Below, in pieces: positions 41,275-54,787 of a stretch of DNA of 64,000 nt. This DNA comes from Eledone cirrhosa (Eukaryota): NCBI GenBank assembly GCA_964016885.1, contig OZ024744.1:34844001-34908000 (forward strand), in the 5' to 3' direction. A model generated the notes under the pieces. It was not told the DNA's origin. It ran no database searches and saw only the letters and a program-made list of their open reading frames with translations. Made by a program: the position numbers and the translations under genes. The stretch's first letter is position 1. Each line of letters starts with the position of its first letter.

Positions 41275-44254
41275 TATAGACATAGAATATTCGAAAATAT
41301 TCTGTATGTTTATAATAAACATTTTGAAGACCTAATCGCTATAGAATAGAATACGTCACGCATTACAATTAGATTCTCGATAAAAGCAAGGGAAGCAATC
41401 TACGCGTTTCATTCTTGTTAGAATTCATCAGGACTACATATCCAGTGCTTTTATCGAGAATGACACAGCTAGAGACTTATAGAATACTTAGCTGTGTACT
41501 GGAACTGGTTTGAAAGAGCGGCCGCCGGTCCGGCAGAAATTAGAAATTGGAAAAATGCTCTGAAATAGCGATATATATGTGAGTATAGACATAGAATATT
41601 CGAAAATATTCTGTATGTTTATAATAAACATTTTGAAGACCTAATCGCTATAGAATAGAATACGTCACGCATTACAATTAGATTCTCGATAAAAGCAAGG
41701 GAAGCAATCTACGCGTTTCATTCTTGTTAGAATTCATCAGGACTACATATCCAGTGCTTTTATCGAGAATGACACAGCTAGAGACTTATAGAATACTTAG
41801 CTGTGTACTGGAACTGGTTTGAAAGAGCGGCCGCCGGTCCGGCAGAAATTAGAAATTGGAAAAATGCTCTGAAATAGCGATATATATGTGAGTATAGACA
41901 TAGAATATTCGAAAATATTCTGTATGTTTATAATAAACATTTTGAAGACCTAATCGCTATAGAATAGAATACGTCACGCATTACAATTAGATTCTCGATA
42001 AAAGCAAGGGAAGCAATCTACGCGTTTCATTCTTGTTAGAATTCATCAGGACTACATATCCAGTGCTTTTATCGAGAATGACACAGCTAGAGACTTATAG
42101 AATACTTAGCTGTGTACTGGAACTGGTTTGAAAGAGCGGCCGCCGGTCCGGCAGAAATTAGAAATTGGAAAAATGCTCTGAAATAGCGATATATATGTGA
42201 GTATAGACATAGAATATTCGAAAATATTCTGTATGTTTATAATAAACATTTTGAAGACCTAATCGCTATAGAATAGAATACGTCACGCATTACAATTAGA
42301 TTCTCGATAAAAGCAAGGGAAGCAATCTACGCGTTTCATTCTTGTTAGAATTCATCAGGACTACATATCCAGTGCTTTTATCGAGAATGACACAGCTAGA
42401 GACTTATAGAATACTTAGCTGTGTACTGGAACTGGTTTGAAAGAGCGGCCGCCGGTCCGGCAGAAATTAGAAATTGGAAAAATGCTCTGAAATAGCGATA
42501 TATATGTGAGTATAGACATAGAATATTCGAAAATATTCTGTATGTTTATAATAAACATTTTGAAGACCTAATCGCTATAGAATAGAATACGTCACGCATT
42601 ACAATTAGATTCTCGATAAAAGCAAGGGAAGCAATCTACGCGTTTCATTCTTGTTAGAATTCATCAGGACTACATATCCAGTGCTTTTATCGAGAATGAC
42701 ACAGCTAGAGACTTATAGAATACTTAGCTGTGTACTGGAACTGGTTTGAAAGAGCGGCTGCCGAGCTAAGTATTCTATAAGTCTCTAGCTGTGTCATTCT
42801 CGATAAAAGCACTGGATATGTAGTCCTGATGAATTCTAACAAGAATGAAACGCGTAGATTGCTTCCCTTGCTTTTATCGAGAATCTAATTGTAATGCGTG
42901 ACGTATTCTATTCTATAGCGATTAGGTCTTCAAAATGTTTATTATAAACATACAGAATATTTTCGAATATTCTATGTCTATACTCACATATATATCGCTA
43001 TTTCAGAGCATTTTTCCAATTTCTAATTTCTGCCGGACCGGCGGCCGCTCTTTCAAACCAGTTCCAGTACACAGCTAAGTATTCTATAAGTCTCTAGCTG
43101 TGTCATTCTCGATAAAAGCACTGGATATGTAGTCCTGATGAATTCTAACAAGAATGAAACGCGTAGATTGCTTCCCTTGCTTTTATCGAGAATCTAATTG
43201 TAATGCGTGACGTATTCTATTCTATAGCGATTAGGTCTTCAAAATGTTTATTATAAACATACAGAATATTTTCGAATATTCTATGTCTATACTCACATAT
43301 ATATCGCTATTTCAGAGCATTTTTCCAATTTCTAATTTCTGCCGGACCGGCGGCCGCTCTTTCAAACCAGTTCCAGTACACAGCTAAGTATTCTATAAGT
43401 CTCTAGCTGTGTCATTCTCGATAAAAGCACTGGATATGTAGTCCTGATGAATTCTAACAAGAATGAAACGCGTAGATTGCTTCCCTTGCTTTTATCGAGA
43501 ATCTAATTGTAATGCGTGACGTATTCTATTCTATAGCGATTAGGTCTTCAAAATGTTTATTATAAACATACAGAATATTTTCGAATATTCTATGTCTATA
43601 CTCACATATATATCGCTATTTCAGAGCATTTTTCCAATTTCTAATTTCTGCCGGACCGGCGGCCGCTCTTTCAAACCAGTTCCAGTACACAGCTAAGTAT
43701 TCTATAAGTCTCTAGCTGTGTCATTCTCGATAAAAGCACTGGATATGTAGTCCTGATGAATTCTAACAAGAATGAAACGCGTAGATTGCTTCCCTTGCTT
43801 TTATCGAGAATCTAATTGTAATGCGTGACGTATTCTATTCTATAGCGATTAGGTCTTCAAAATGTTTATTATAAACATACAGAATATTTTCGAATATTCT
43901 ATGTCTATACTCACATATATATCGCTATTTCAGAGCATTTTTCCAATTTCTAATTTCTGCCGGACCGGCGGCCGCTCTTTCAAACCAGTTCCAGTACACA
44001 GCTAAGTATTCTATAAGTCTCTAGCTGTGTCATTCTCGATAAAAGCACTGGATATGTAGTCCTGATGAATTCTAACAAGAATGAAACGCGTAGATTGCTT
44101 CCCTTGCTTTTATCGAGAATCTAATTGTAATGCGTGACGTATTCTATTCTATAGCGATTAGGTCTTCAAAATGTTTATTATAAACATACAGAATATTTTC
44201 GAATATTCTATGTCTATACTCACATATATATCGCTATTTCAGAGCATTTTTCCA

Positions 44255-44256
<2 letters not shown>
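41271..44256. repeat. second palindromic tandem array, 309-bp hammerhead-containing units
   Basis: About 4.8 units forward (41271-42763) and about 4.8 inverted (42764-44256); diverged subfamily of array 1; 10 hammerhead motifs. Confidence 0.95.
42796..42884 (+). ncRNA. type I hammerhead ribozyme, representative of array 2 (repeats every 309 bp)
   Basis: gtagtc-CTGATGA-attct aaca agaat-GAAA-cgc-GTA-gattgc, closed by attctcgataaaagca/tgcttttatcgagaat. Confidence 0.9.
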
Positions 44257-44286
<30 letters not shown>

Positions 44287-44347
44287 GTATATATATATAT
44301 GCATATATATATATATAAGTATATAGATATATATATGTATATTTATA

Positions 44348-44504
<157 letters not shown>

Positions 44505-44662
44505 GAGGTAGAAATGAAATTTCATTGCATTCTTTTCCATTTATCGTTTCCGGTGCGCCCGGCCGACTAACTCACTAGATATGCAAATTAGGCTGCTCAG
44601 CAGTTAATATGCATAAGAAAAGTATATACTTTCAGACGTTCTACCATCTGACAGAAAGGTAT

Positions 44663-44705
44663 ACGATGCTGACGATAGCTAATAAGCTTGAAACTAGTAC
44701 ATCGT
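44663..44705 (+). ncRNA. minimal type I hammerhead ribozyme
   Basis: acgatg-CTGACGA-t agct aata agct t-GAAA-cta-GTA-catcgt; perfect 6-bp stem I and ACTAGT palindrome. Confidence 0.85.
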
Positions 44706-44988
44706 TCCTGTGTCAGTGTTGAACAAAAAGGTGACGTGGTTGCCTAAACACTGTCCGGCGTAATTCGGGCTGTTTGTTTGTTTACAAACAAACAAACCGG
44801 GCATTATAATAAATGTTCGGTAAACCGATACTTGCATATATATATATATATGTGTGTGCATGTATGTATATATATACATACTACTGTACGTCTGTATACA
44901 TATATGTATGTACGTGTACATACATACTTAAACTTAAGTATCAGCCGTACTAAGAGTGAGAAATGAAATTTCATTTCATTCTTTTCCA

Positions 44989-45026
<38 letters not shown>

Positions 45027-45060
45027 CTGGTATGTATATATATATATATATATATACTGG

Positions 45061-45132
<72 letters not shown>

Positions 45133-45159
45133 ATGTAAAAAAGTAACAGACGAGTTGAT

Positions 45160-45334
45160 ATATATAAAAACAAATACTAGAAAGAAAAAAGATTTTTCCA
45201 GTAGAAAATGTTGAAGAGATTCTTTCAGTGAAATATCAAAACATTAATTTATTTACAACCGGTTTCAGCATTAAATGTATTGTCAATTGTGGATATGCAG
45301 AATATTGTTAAGTTGCATATTTGTACAAATAGTG

Positions 45335-45371
<37 letters not shown>

Positions 45372-46021
45372 TAATAATAATGATAATAATAATAATGGAG
45401 GCACATGGCTTAGTGGTTAGAGCATTGGCCTTGCAATCGAAAGGTTGTGAGTTCAATTCTCAGACCGAGTGATGTGTTGTTTCCTTGAGCAAGACACTTT
45501 ATTTCACATTGCTCCAGTTTACTCAGCTGTAGAAATGAGATGATAGGGACTGGGTCCATATCATTCCACTGTAAAGTGGATGTGTAGGTGCCACGACAAA
45601 AAAGCACCCAGCACTCACTGTAAATGAGGTTGGTTTTAGGAAGGGCATCCAGCTGTAGAAATCAAGCCAGAATCAGTTCCCGTCCCACCCTTGCAAGCAG
45701 GGAAAAGCGGACGTAAAATGAAATGAATGAATGAATGAATGAATAAGGGGAGGCTATTAACAGAGAAGGATGGACAGAGAATTGAACTTTCTTCTCTGAA
45801 TGAACATGTATGTGAAGATTAATTTTTCTTCTCCTTTTTATTATTATTATCACTATTTGTACAAATATGCAACTTAACAATATTCTGCATATCCACAATT
45901 GACAATACATATAATGCTGAAACCGGTTGTAAATAAATTAATGTTTTGATATTTCACTGAAAGAATCTCTTCAACATTTTCTACTGGAAAAATCTTTTTC
46001 TTTCTACTATTTGTTTTTATG

Positions 46022-46025
<4 letters not shown>
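45160..46025. repeat. fold-back insert with about 180-bp arms enclosing a SINE B
   Basis: 45160-45340 is inverted at 45840-46025. Confidence 0.85.
45396..45722 (+). mobile_element. full-length SINE family B
   Basis: tRNA head through RTE-like tail. Confidence 0.88.
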
Positions 46026-46052
<27 letters not shown>

Positions 46053-46340
46053 CGAATTTCATACTATAAACCACAATTGAATATATATCTGACCAGGAAT
46101 GCTTTTTGTGAAAATCAGTCATATGAAACTATTGTCATCTTGCCTGATGGTTTGAACTTTACACACCACCTGCCTCTTTGAGGTCAAATACCAACCCTAC
46201 TAGCATCTACAAACTGACCAATGAGAATTAAGATTATTCCTGTTGACAACATTAAATTATTCCTAACAAGCTCATATGTCCCAAGACTCTGATACAATCA
46301 ACACTATAAACACAGAGCTGGCATATCTAAGAACTTACTA

Positions 46341-46396
46341 ACTACCTGATGAGGTCATAGCAACTCAATGGCTATCATCGAAATATATATAGCAGT
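46341..46396 (+). ncRNA. type I hammerhead motif
   Basis: actac-CTGATGA-ggtcatagc aactcaatg gctatcatc-GAAA-tatat-ATA-gcagt. Confidence 0.7.
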
Positions 46397-46437
46397 AAAT
46401 AAAGGATTATGAGTTCATGCAATTGACTTATGTTTCG

Positions 46438-46519
<82 letters not shown>

Positions 46520-46660
46520 TATATATATATAGCCAAAATCAGTTACCAGGTCACCCGACCTGGCACTGCCCACAACAGGACAACCCATCCAACCCATGGA
46601 AGAATGGACGTAAAATGGTGATGATGATGATGATGATGATATATATTTATATATATATAA

Positions 46661-46692
<32 letters not shown>

Positions 46693-46698
<6 letters not shown>

Positions 46699-47570
46699 AA
46701 AAGGAGATAAAATCGAAAATGCAACTGGAGTCTTATTTTTTTTTTTTTTTTTTTAAATATATATATTTATTTGGTTCCTTTACCGGTTTCGCAGTTCTTC
46801 TGCTTTTCAAAAGGTGAGTTGAGATGGAGGGTCTGTGGTTTTTGTCACATCTGGTTGGTCTCTGAATGTTACTTGTTTTATATGGAAAAAGTGGCTCGAA
46901 ATGCCAGGTTTTTCGAGAAGTAATTTGATTGGTTTGTCAATAATTATAATAAATTTACAATAGTTCTTCAAATAAGAGGGGGGGCTGTCACAGGTTGTTT
47001 TTTCATATATGAGTGTTTGAATTTCTTTTTACTTGAAACAACCCCCACACCCACAACTCCCTCCCCATTTCTACTAATAGAACCACTTTCCTACACACAT
47101 ATATATATACACACACACAAAATATATATTCTCTCCATCTTAACATACTCGCACACACACACATAACACCCATATACACAAACACACAACTCCCTCCCCC
47201 ATTTCTACTAATAGAATCATCTTCCAATACACACATACACACACACTCACACACACACATACACACACACACAAGCACACAAATAAACATACATATCTTC
47301 ACTTCAATAGAAAATCTGAACTCTGACACCCCAGCGAACTAACCATATTCACTGAACCAGAACAATTCTCCCAATCCCATTTCTCTTGACCACTATCTTT
47401 CCATTGTCATAACATTCGCTATAAAGACTACAGAATAGTTTTCCAAATAAGGGCGCAAAAATGTAATGAAAACTTGTTCACGTGACAGCCAAATTTCATT
47501 TATAACCAATCAAATCACGTTTATTAAAAAAAAGCCTTCGTGAGCCACCTTTTTTTAAAGTAAAGAAATT

Positions 47571-47629
<59 letters not shown>

Positions 47630-48303
47630 GCACACAGATAAACACACATATCTTTACTTTCTTTATTCAATAGAAAATCTGAATTCTGACACCCCAGCGA
47701 ACTAACCATATTCACTGAACCAGAACAATTCTCCCATCCCTTTCTCTTGACCATTATCTTTCCGAGGTTAACTTTGCCTTTCATCCCTACGGGGTCGATA
47801 AAATAAAGTACCAGTAATACACTGGGATAATTTCTGGCCTTGTGCCAAAAGTAGAAACAATTATCTTTTACTTATCAAAACATTCTCTAAAAAGGCTACA
47901 GAATGGATTTCCAAATAAGGGCACAAAAATTTAATGAAAATTTGTTCACGTGACAGCCATAATTTCATTTATCACCAACCCCAAAAAAGCCTTCGTGAGC
48001 CTCCTTTTTTCAAGTAAAAAGAAATTCAAACACTCATATATGAAAAAACAACCTGTGACAACCCCCCCCCCTCTTATTTGAAGAACTATTGTAACGCGAA
48101 CTGGCGCGAAATTTATTATAATTATTGACAAATCAATCAAATTACTTCTCGAAAAACCTGGCATTTCGAGCCACTTTTTCCATATAAAACAAGTAACATT
48201 CAGAGACCAACCAGATGTGACAAAAACCACAGACCCTCCATCACAACTCACCTTTTGAAAGCAGAAGAACTGCGAAACCGGTAAAGGAACCAAATAAATA
48301 TAT

Positions 48304-48334
<31 letters not shown>

Positions 48335-48373
48335 GACTCCAGTTGCATTTTCGATTTCATCTCTTTTTCTTTA
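46693..48373. repeat. fold-back insert with about 350-bp arms, each carrying a hammerhead-like motif, plus an internal direct duplication
   Basis: 46693-47037 is inverted at about 48010-48373; about 47300-47500 is duplicated at about 47660-47980 with a SINE A fragment inserted. Confidence 0.85.
46777..46814 (-). ncRNA. minimal hammerhead with U3-A8 core
   Basis: cctt-TTGAAAA-gcag aagaa ctgc-GAAA-ccg-GTA-aagg; the inverted copy at 48251-48287 lacks one A. Confidence 0.7.
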
Positions 48374-48449
48374 TACTTTCACTCGTGTAGGACACCTCGG
48401 TTATTTTTCATTTTGTAAAAAAAACCTCACTTTCTAATATATATATATA

Positions 48450-48770
48450 ACTTTGAAATGTTTCGGCCAGTATTGGCCCAGGCCATGTCTAACTTAATAG
48501 CACCACCTGGCGAAGTCTTTCAATTCAGGATTTGGGCACCATGGCCCATTCGAGAAGGGAATTACTGTTTGCGGAGACATATCCGGGTGTGGGTGGTTTG
48601 TCCGGGATTACTTGGAGGAATTTGTCCAAAGACTTCTTGAATTTTGTGTGGTCAGTTTCTGTTTTGACGTGTCCTGGTGTGATGTTGAAGAGAGCAGGGC
48701 CAATTGAGGTGAAATAATTGTGCCGTTATGAGTTGCAATTTAGATTTTTGTCATAGAGGGTATACAATCA
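48450..48770 (-). mobile_element. CR1/L2-group LINE 3' end fragment
   Basis: Minus translation IGPALFNITP..FKKSLDKFLQVIPDKPPTPGY..NSNSLLEW. Confidence 0.65.
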
Positions 48771-49148
48771 ATTATTAGTTAATTAATTATATAATTCAAT
48801 AATTAGAATCATCAGAATTTAAACACAAACAACATTATTACCTCACCAAATAGTTGTATTAAGGAATTCATACATTTAAATATTGTATGTAGCCTTCTGT
48901 ATAGTTTACTGTAATAAATCTCATATTTTGAGCTGTAAAAATTTCTTCACCTACCTTTATCTCTTTTCGTATTTGAAAAAGACTTATTATATATATATAT
49001 TTGTGGTTCCTATTTAAAATTCATCTTCATTCAAAAACAAATGTATTTTCAAAATATTTACCGTTTGAAATATTTGTATAAGTTTTAAATTATACAAATT
49101 TTTATTCTTTTTCTTTTACTTCTTTTTCTTTCTTAAAAAAAAAAAAAG

Positions 49149-49361
49149 AATCATGCCGATATGGAATGGAAGTTTGCTCGATCCAAACTTTGGATGGGCT
49201 ATTTCGATGAAGGTTCAACATTACCACCACCATTCAACCTAATAATAAGTCCAAAATCTGTATATTATTTCCTACGCATCATCAAACAACTGATTTGTCG
49301 ATGCGTGACACACAACAAGCATCGTAAACCAAGAAGAAAATCTGTAGAAGGCACTATAAAG
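49149..49361 (+). CDS. TRPC: TRPC exon, TRP box
   Basis: Phase 0 continuation [37 protein letters not shown] contains the EWKFAR TRP box and LPPPFN. AG at 49147-49148 and GTATGC donor at 49362. Confidence 0.95.
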
Positions 49362-50081
49362 GTATGCATCATATAAATATTGTTGAAAAAAAAATCTTCC
49401 TCTCAGTTTTCATATATTGAAATACTACTTTTGTTTTATTGATGTCTTATTTAAATATTCTCTGAGGAATTCAATAGATGCATTATTATGGTATTTAATT
49501 CATCTGAGTTCAAATCCTGTCATGGTTTACATTATTTATTTTTGTTCACAACATCATAGTTCACAAAATAAATGGACATATTAGGGTCCATTCTAAGTCC
49601 ATCAGCTATCCCCCTTCCTTGAAAAAAATCCAAAAACATTTGGCCTTGTGCTTATTCAGAAATTAATACTTGTTAATCTAGTTTATGCCAGAAGTATGTC
49701 CATAAGAAAATCATGAAAGTCATATTATTATTATTATTTTTTTTTTTATTGTTATTGAAATGCTGCCTTCTAACCTGTTTGTTGAAAGGTGGGTGAGAGA
49801 GGCAAGCATGGTCCGAGTGAATGCGCTTGGAAATTGGAGGAGAATATCTGAGAAAGGGCACTTGGCCCAGCGGAAAAGTTTACCATGGCTTTTTATGGGC
49901 TTTTCCATGAGTGACCCTTGGAGGTATTCCCACTTTTGGGGAATTTGTTGTTTTGATTATTAAATGTTTATTTTTTAGTTTTCTTTATGAAACTTTCTCT
50001 CACACAAAAAACCCACACTGTACTATCCTGCACCGTCCTTATTGTCCTCTTTATGTAAGCCCTGTGTGGCTAATAAAGACA

Positions 50082-50084
<3 letters not shown>

Positions 50085-50144
<60 letters not shown>

Positions 50145-51990
50145 TTTACGTCCTCTCTTCCCTGCTTGCAAGGGTGGGACAGGTCTTATTCATCACAGCA
50201 TCTCTCCACTTGTCACGGTCCTTCATCATCTCCACCGTGAGCTTCAGCGATCTGAGGTCTGTTCTCACCACCTCCGCCCATGTTTTTCGTGGTCTACCTC
50301 TACCACGTCTTCCTTCAACTGGCATTTCCTGGCACTTCTTCACCCATGGGTCACCCTCCATGCGCATCACATGTCCATACCACCTCAGTCTCCTCTCTCG
50401 CACACTCCATTCTATCCCTCTCAGACACAGTTTCTCTCTCAACACATTCATGCTGGGTCGTTCACGGCATTGACATTGCACATCCAACAGAGCATGCTTG
50501 CCTCATTTCTCTCCAGCCGTCGCATATCCTCTGCAGTTGCTGCCCATGTCTCACTACCATGCAGCATCACGCTCCTCACACAGGCATCATATAACCGGCC
50601 TTTCATACGCAGGGAGAAACCCTTCTTCGTCAGCAGAGGAAGCAGCTCCCTAAACTTCTTCCAACCCGTCCTTATTCTAGATACTATGGCCTCGGAACAT
50701 CACCCTCCCATGATAATCTGATCTCCTAGGTACCGGAAGCTATCCACCATTTCTATAGCACCCGCCTGCATTTGAAAAATATGTCTATCAATGCGATTTC
50801 TACTGTCTAATTTCCCTGTACATCTACTGCATACATATTTCTCCCTACCTGTTAGTTTGCCTAATATCCTGCTACATCTCTTGTGTACCCAGGATCTGCA
50901 TTGTGTGCATTTTATAGAATTTATGCCAGTTCCTTTTCTACATATCGAACATGGCCATTTCCCTGGCGGAATCACAGAGTTTTGTCCTCCTTTCTACTCA
51001 TCAACAGTTTTGTCTTAGCTAGGTTCACTCTCAGTCCTCTTGCTTCCAACTGCTGTTTCCATAGCCAGAATTTATTCTCTAGTTCCTCTACTGATTCTGC
51101 TATAAGAACCAGATCGTCAGCATAGAGAAGTTCCCATGGACAGCCAGTCTTAAACTCCTCTGTTATGGCTTGGAGGACTATAACGAACAAGAGTGGGCTG
51201 AGGACCGAACATTGATGTACTCCTACTTGTATCTGTAATTCCTCACTAAACTCCATTCCTACCCTGACTTTACTGACAGTACCTCTGTACAAAGTACCAC
51301 TGTCCTCACAAGCCATTCCTCGACACCTAGTTTCCTTAGGGACCACCAGATGATAGATCTGGGTACCCTATCAAAGGCCTTCTCTAGGTCAACAAAGGCT
51401 CAGTATAGAGTATAGTGGCTTATTCATCTCTAAGAACCTCTCTTGTAATTGTCTCACCAAGAAGAGGGCATCTGTTGTACTCTTCCCAGGCACAAAACCA
51501 AACTGCATCTCATCTAGTTGACCCTTTCTCTAATTAGTTGTGCTAATATCCTTTCTTCCACTTTCATAACCTGATCCATCAGTTTCATACCCCTATAATT
51601 ACTCCTCTCCAGAGCATCCCCTTTACCTTTGTAGCAATTTATGAGAATACTGCTGCACCAGTCTTTGGGTATGACACCACCATATATAACCTGATTAATG
51701 ATGCGTGCAACCAGTTTAGTGCCTACGTCCTCTGATGCCTTCAGCATCTCAGCAACTATCCCCGATGTTCCAGCAGCCTTACCATTTTTCATTGCCTTAA
51801 TCGCGTTCTTGGACCCTATATTCGTCAATCTCAATAGCTAGTCCCTCTGTCGGATCTACTGAGGGTAATTTCTCTCTCTCTCCCATTCGTTCTCCACATT
51901 CATCTGTCTCTCATAATGACATTTCATGGCCTCCTTTTTCTGATCATTCGTGACACTAAGTACACCGGCATCATTCCGGACACATTTATC
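50085..51990 (-). mobile_element. RTE-clade LINE relic with intact 3' tail and (ATG)n
   Basis: YKGKGDALERSNYRG, LYADDL, WPCSICRKG..C..C..WVHKRCS, RRLRWYGHV, GRPRKTW; many frameshifts. Confidence 0.92.
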
Positions 51991-51991
51991 T

Positions 51992-52565
51992 CCTTCACCT
52001 GATCGTTTTCTATCACCGACTCTGGCTTATGCTCATACCACTTCTCAGAATGTGGTAAATTGTTTAGTGTGCATAAATGCCAGTGAATCAACTTTCCTAT
52101 TATATCATGCCTCCAACCTTTATAGTGAGTCTGGGCTAGGTGTTTTATTATCATCATCATCATCATCATTATCATCATTTGTAATGAGCAAGCCATAGCC
52201 AATGGTCAAAGGTCCTTTGGGTCATTCCTTCTCCTTCAACTTTCTAAAACCCTTCTTAGAATTCTTAGCGTTCCTAGCAAGGCTATTTTCTGCAACAACT
52301 CCGTCCTGGTGGTAATTCCTAGCTTCTCAAGCCATGCCTCCAACCTTTTGCTAACTGCACCAAGTGTACCAACCACAATCGGTACCACTTCTAAGTGTCT
52401 GATTCTACATAGTTTCCTGATTTCCCTCTTCAGCTCTTGATAGTTCTCAACTTTCTCACTTTTCTTTTCATTCACTCTGTGGCCCTATGATGAAGCAATA
52501 AGTGCTTTGTTGTTCTTCTTTTCTATAACAGCAATGTCAGGCTTTCTAGCCACAATAAGATGAGA
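51992..52565 (-). mobile_element. R4/Dong-clade fragments
   Basis: HLAQTHYKGWRHD..WYEHKPE (51992-52147) and EKVENYQEL..VVPIVVGTLG (52236-52475). Confidence 0.75.
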
Positions 52566-54787
52566 CTCCAGGTTTGGGACAGACTTTAACCTTTTCTAAT
52601 ATAGTAGACTATATGTTTGTTTGTACCCTAACTTCTATATCTAGTTAAAGCAACTTGATTTCATCTATGTTACTAATGACCTTGAGAAGATCACAAGTAC
52701 TTTTGATTCTATTCTTCTGTGATAAAAATAACAAGACATGTGCATACTCAGAAGAGCTAACTAGAAACCACATCAGTACTTTCCTGAATAGAATGACAAG
52801 ATGCAGAAAAATGAAGAGGAGACACAAAAGAGCAAAATAGTTATTGAGAGGGCCACAGAATTTGTGATGAAAGATATCTGATAATTAAATATAACAATTA
52901 AATAACCATATGGTTAATAAACTAACCAAGGAACAAATTAGTTGCCTGACTAATAATAAAACTGAACAAAAACTCAACTGGTGCTTGTGTTTTTATTGGC
53001 AACATGACCTTCCCAAAGTATAACAATATTATAAAAGGGCTTTACCAAGAACTTCATATAAGACCTAAGGTTTTAAATAAGGGTGACGGGCTCAGCTAGT
53101 TCATTGGTCTGGGGTCCAAAGAAGAAGGAAAAATCCTTTGAATAGCTGACCACCCCTTTCCAAATTAAAAAAACCTCTCGGCTCCCTTGAATTTTACAAG
53201 TAGTTCTTCCTCCCTCTTCTCTACCATACCCAGTAGGGGTCTCAAAAGCAATCTTATTTTGCCTTTCAAAATTTCTCTTGAATGCCCTGATGAATCTTCA
53301 TCACTGTCATCCTCATCTTCATCATCATTACCACCAATCATCATCATCGTAATCATCATCATCATCATCATCATTTTCACATCCACTTTTTCGTGCTGGC
53401 ATGGGGTGGATGTGGGACAGTGTTTTACAACCAAACCCTCTTCATAACACCAATACTAATAATCACCCTATTACAACCTGTACACAAATGGTGTACCTTT
53501 ATAAAACAAAAGAAAAGCAGGATGTTCAAGGAATTAGATATAGACTAATAATATACTTCCTCCTTTTATTTTATTAATTTTATTTTGTAAATTTATTCAT
53601 ATTTTTATATTTCTTTTATTATTATTTTCAAATCCTGTTATGAAAGAATTTATAGTGGAAACTGGACCTTCTTGTATAGTTTGTGGAGCTGTTCAGTTTT
53701 TGTTGTTCTTATTTTAAATGCTGAGTTCAAATATCCCCTGACCACTATGCACCATACCAGCAATATATTTGGATAAATAAGCATGACTGTAATTGTTAAG
53801 AATTTTACTTTGTAATCATGGGATTCTGGGTTTGATACCACTGCTTTCTACTATAGCCTCAAGTTGACCATTATAACTTGTGAGTAGAATTTAGTAAATA
53901 AAAGCTATATAGAATCCAGACCTACATATATATATATGTGTGTGTGTGTGTATTCATATACATGTGTATACATGCTGATGATGTTTAACTCATGCTAGCA
54001 TGGAAGATGGATGTTAAACAAAGATGATGATGCATATACATGTGTTTATGTGTGTGTATATATGTGTGTTTTTTATATGTATTTCACCTCTGTATATTAG
54101 TGATGGATGTAAACCATCAGTGAGAAAACCAAAATACTGGTCCACTTAAAGTGAGATCCTTTGCTCTATTTTTTTCTCTCATGAGAAACTCTGTCAACTC
54201 CTTAATTATCTGTTACAGAGATGAGAGAGAGGAATGAGAGAAAGACAAAGAGGTAGATGTAGCCAGACAGAGAGAGATAGAATTACCTGTTACAGAAATG
54301 AGAGAGAGGAATGAGCAAGAGATGAGAGAATGAGAATGAGAGAAAGACAAAGAGGTAGATGTAGACAGACACGGATAGATAGAATTAGAAAGACAGAAAT
54401 AGACAGAATGAGAGAGAAAGAGGAATGAGAGATAGAGAGAGAGAGGAATGAGAGATAGAGAGAGAAAGTGAGAGGGGGGGGGGCAAAAGAAAGAGAGGTA
54501 AAAATGAAGATTGTTTTTTTTTTATATTTGTTGTTTGTTCATCTGTAAAGTTGTGTTGTGCTACCTTAAAACTCCCCTCTTTAAACTGTATCTGATCAAT
54601 CATAAGAATTGTTACTTTTGTATATGTATTTGAGCCATGCACATTATCCATAGGCTATACTCTGAAATATCTTACAACAAAAGAAAAAAAATTAAATGCA
54701 AAAAAAACAAAAAAAAATGAAGCCCTTAATAGAAAGTTTTGACTTTTTTTTTTTTGCTTATGTTGTAAAAACGGTTTCTGTTCACAG

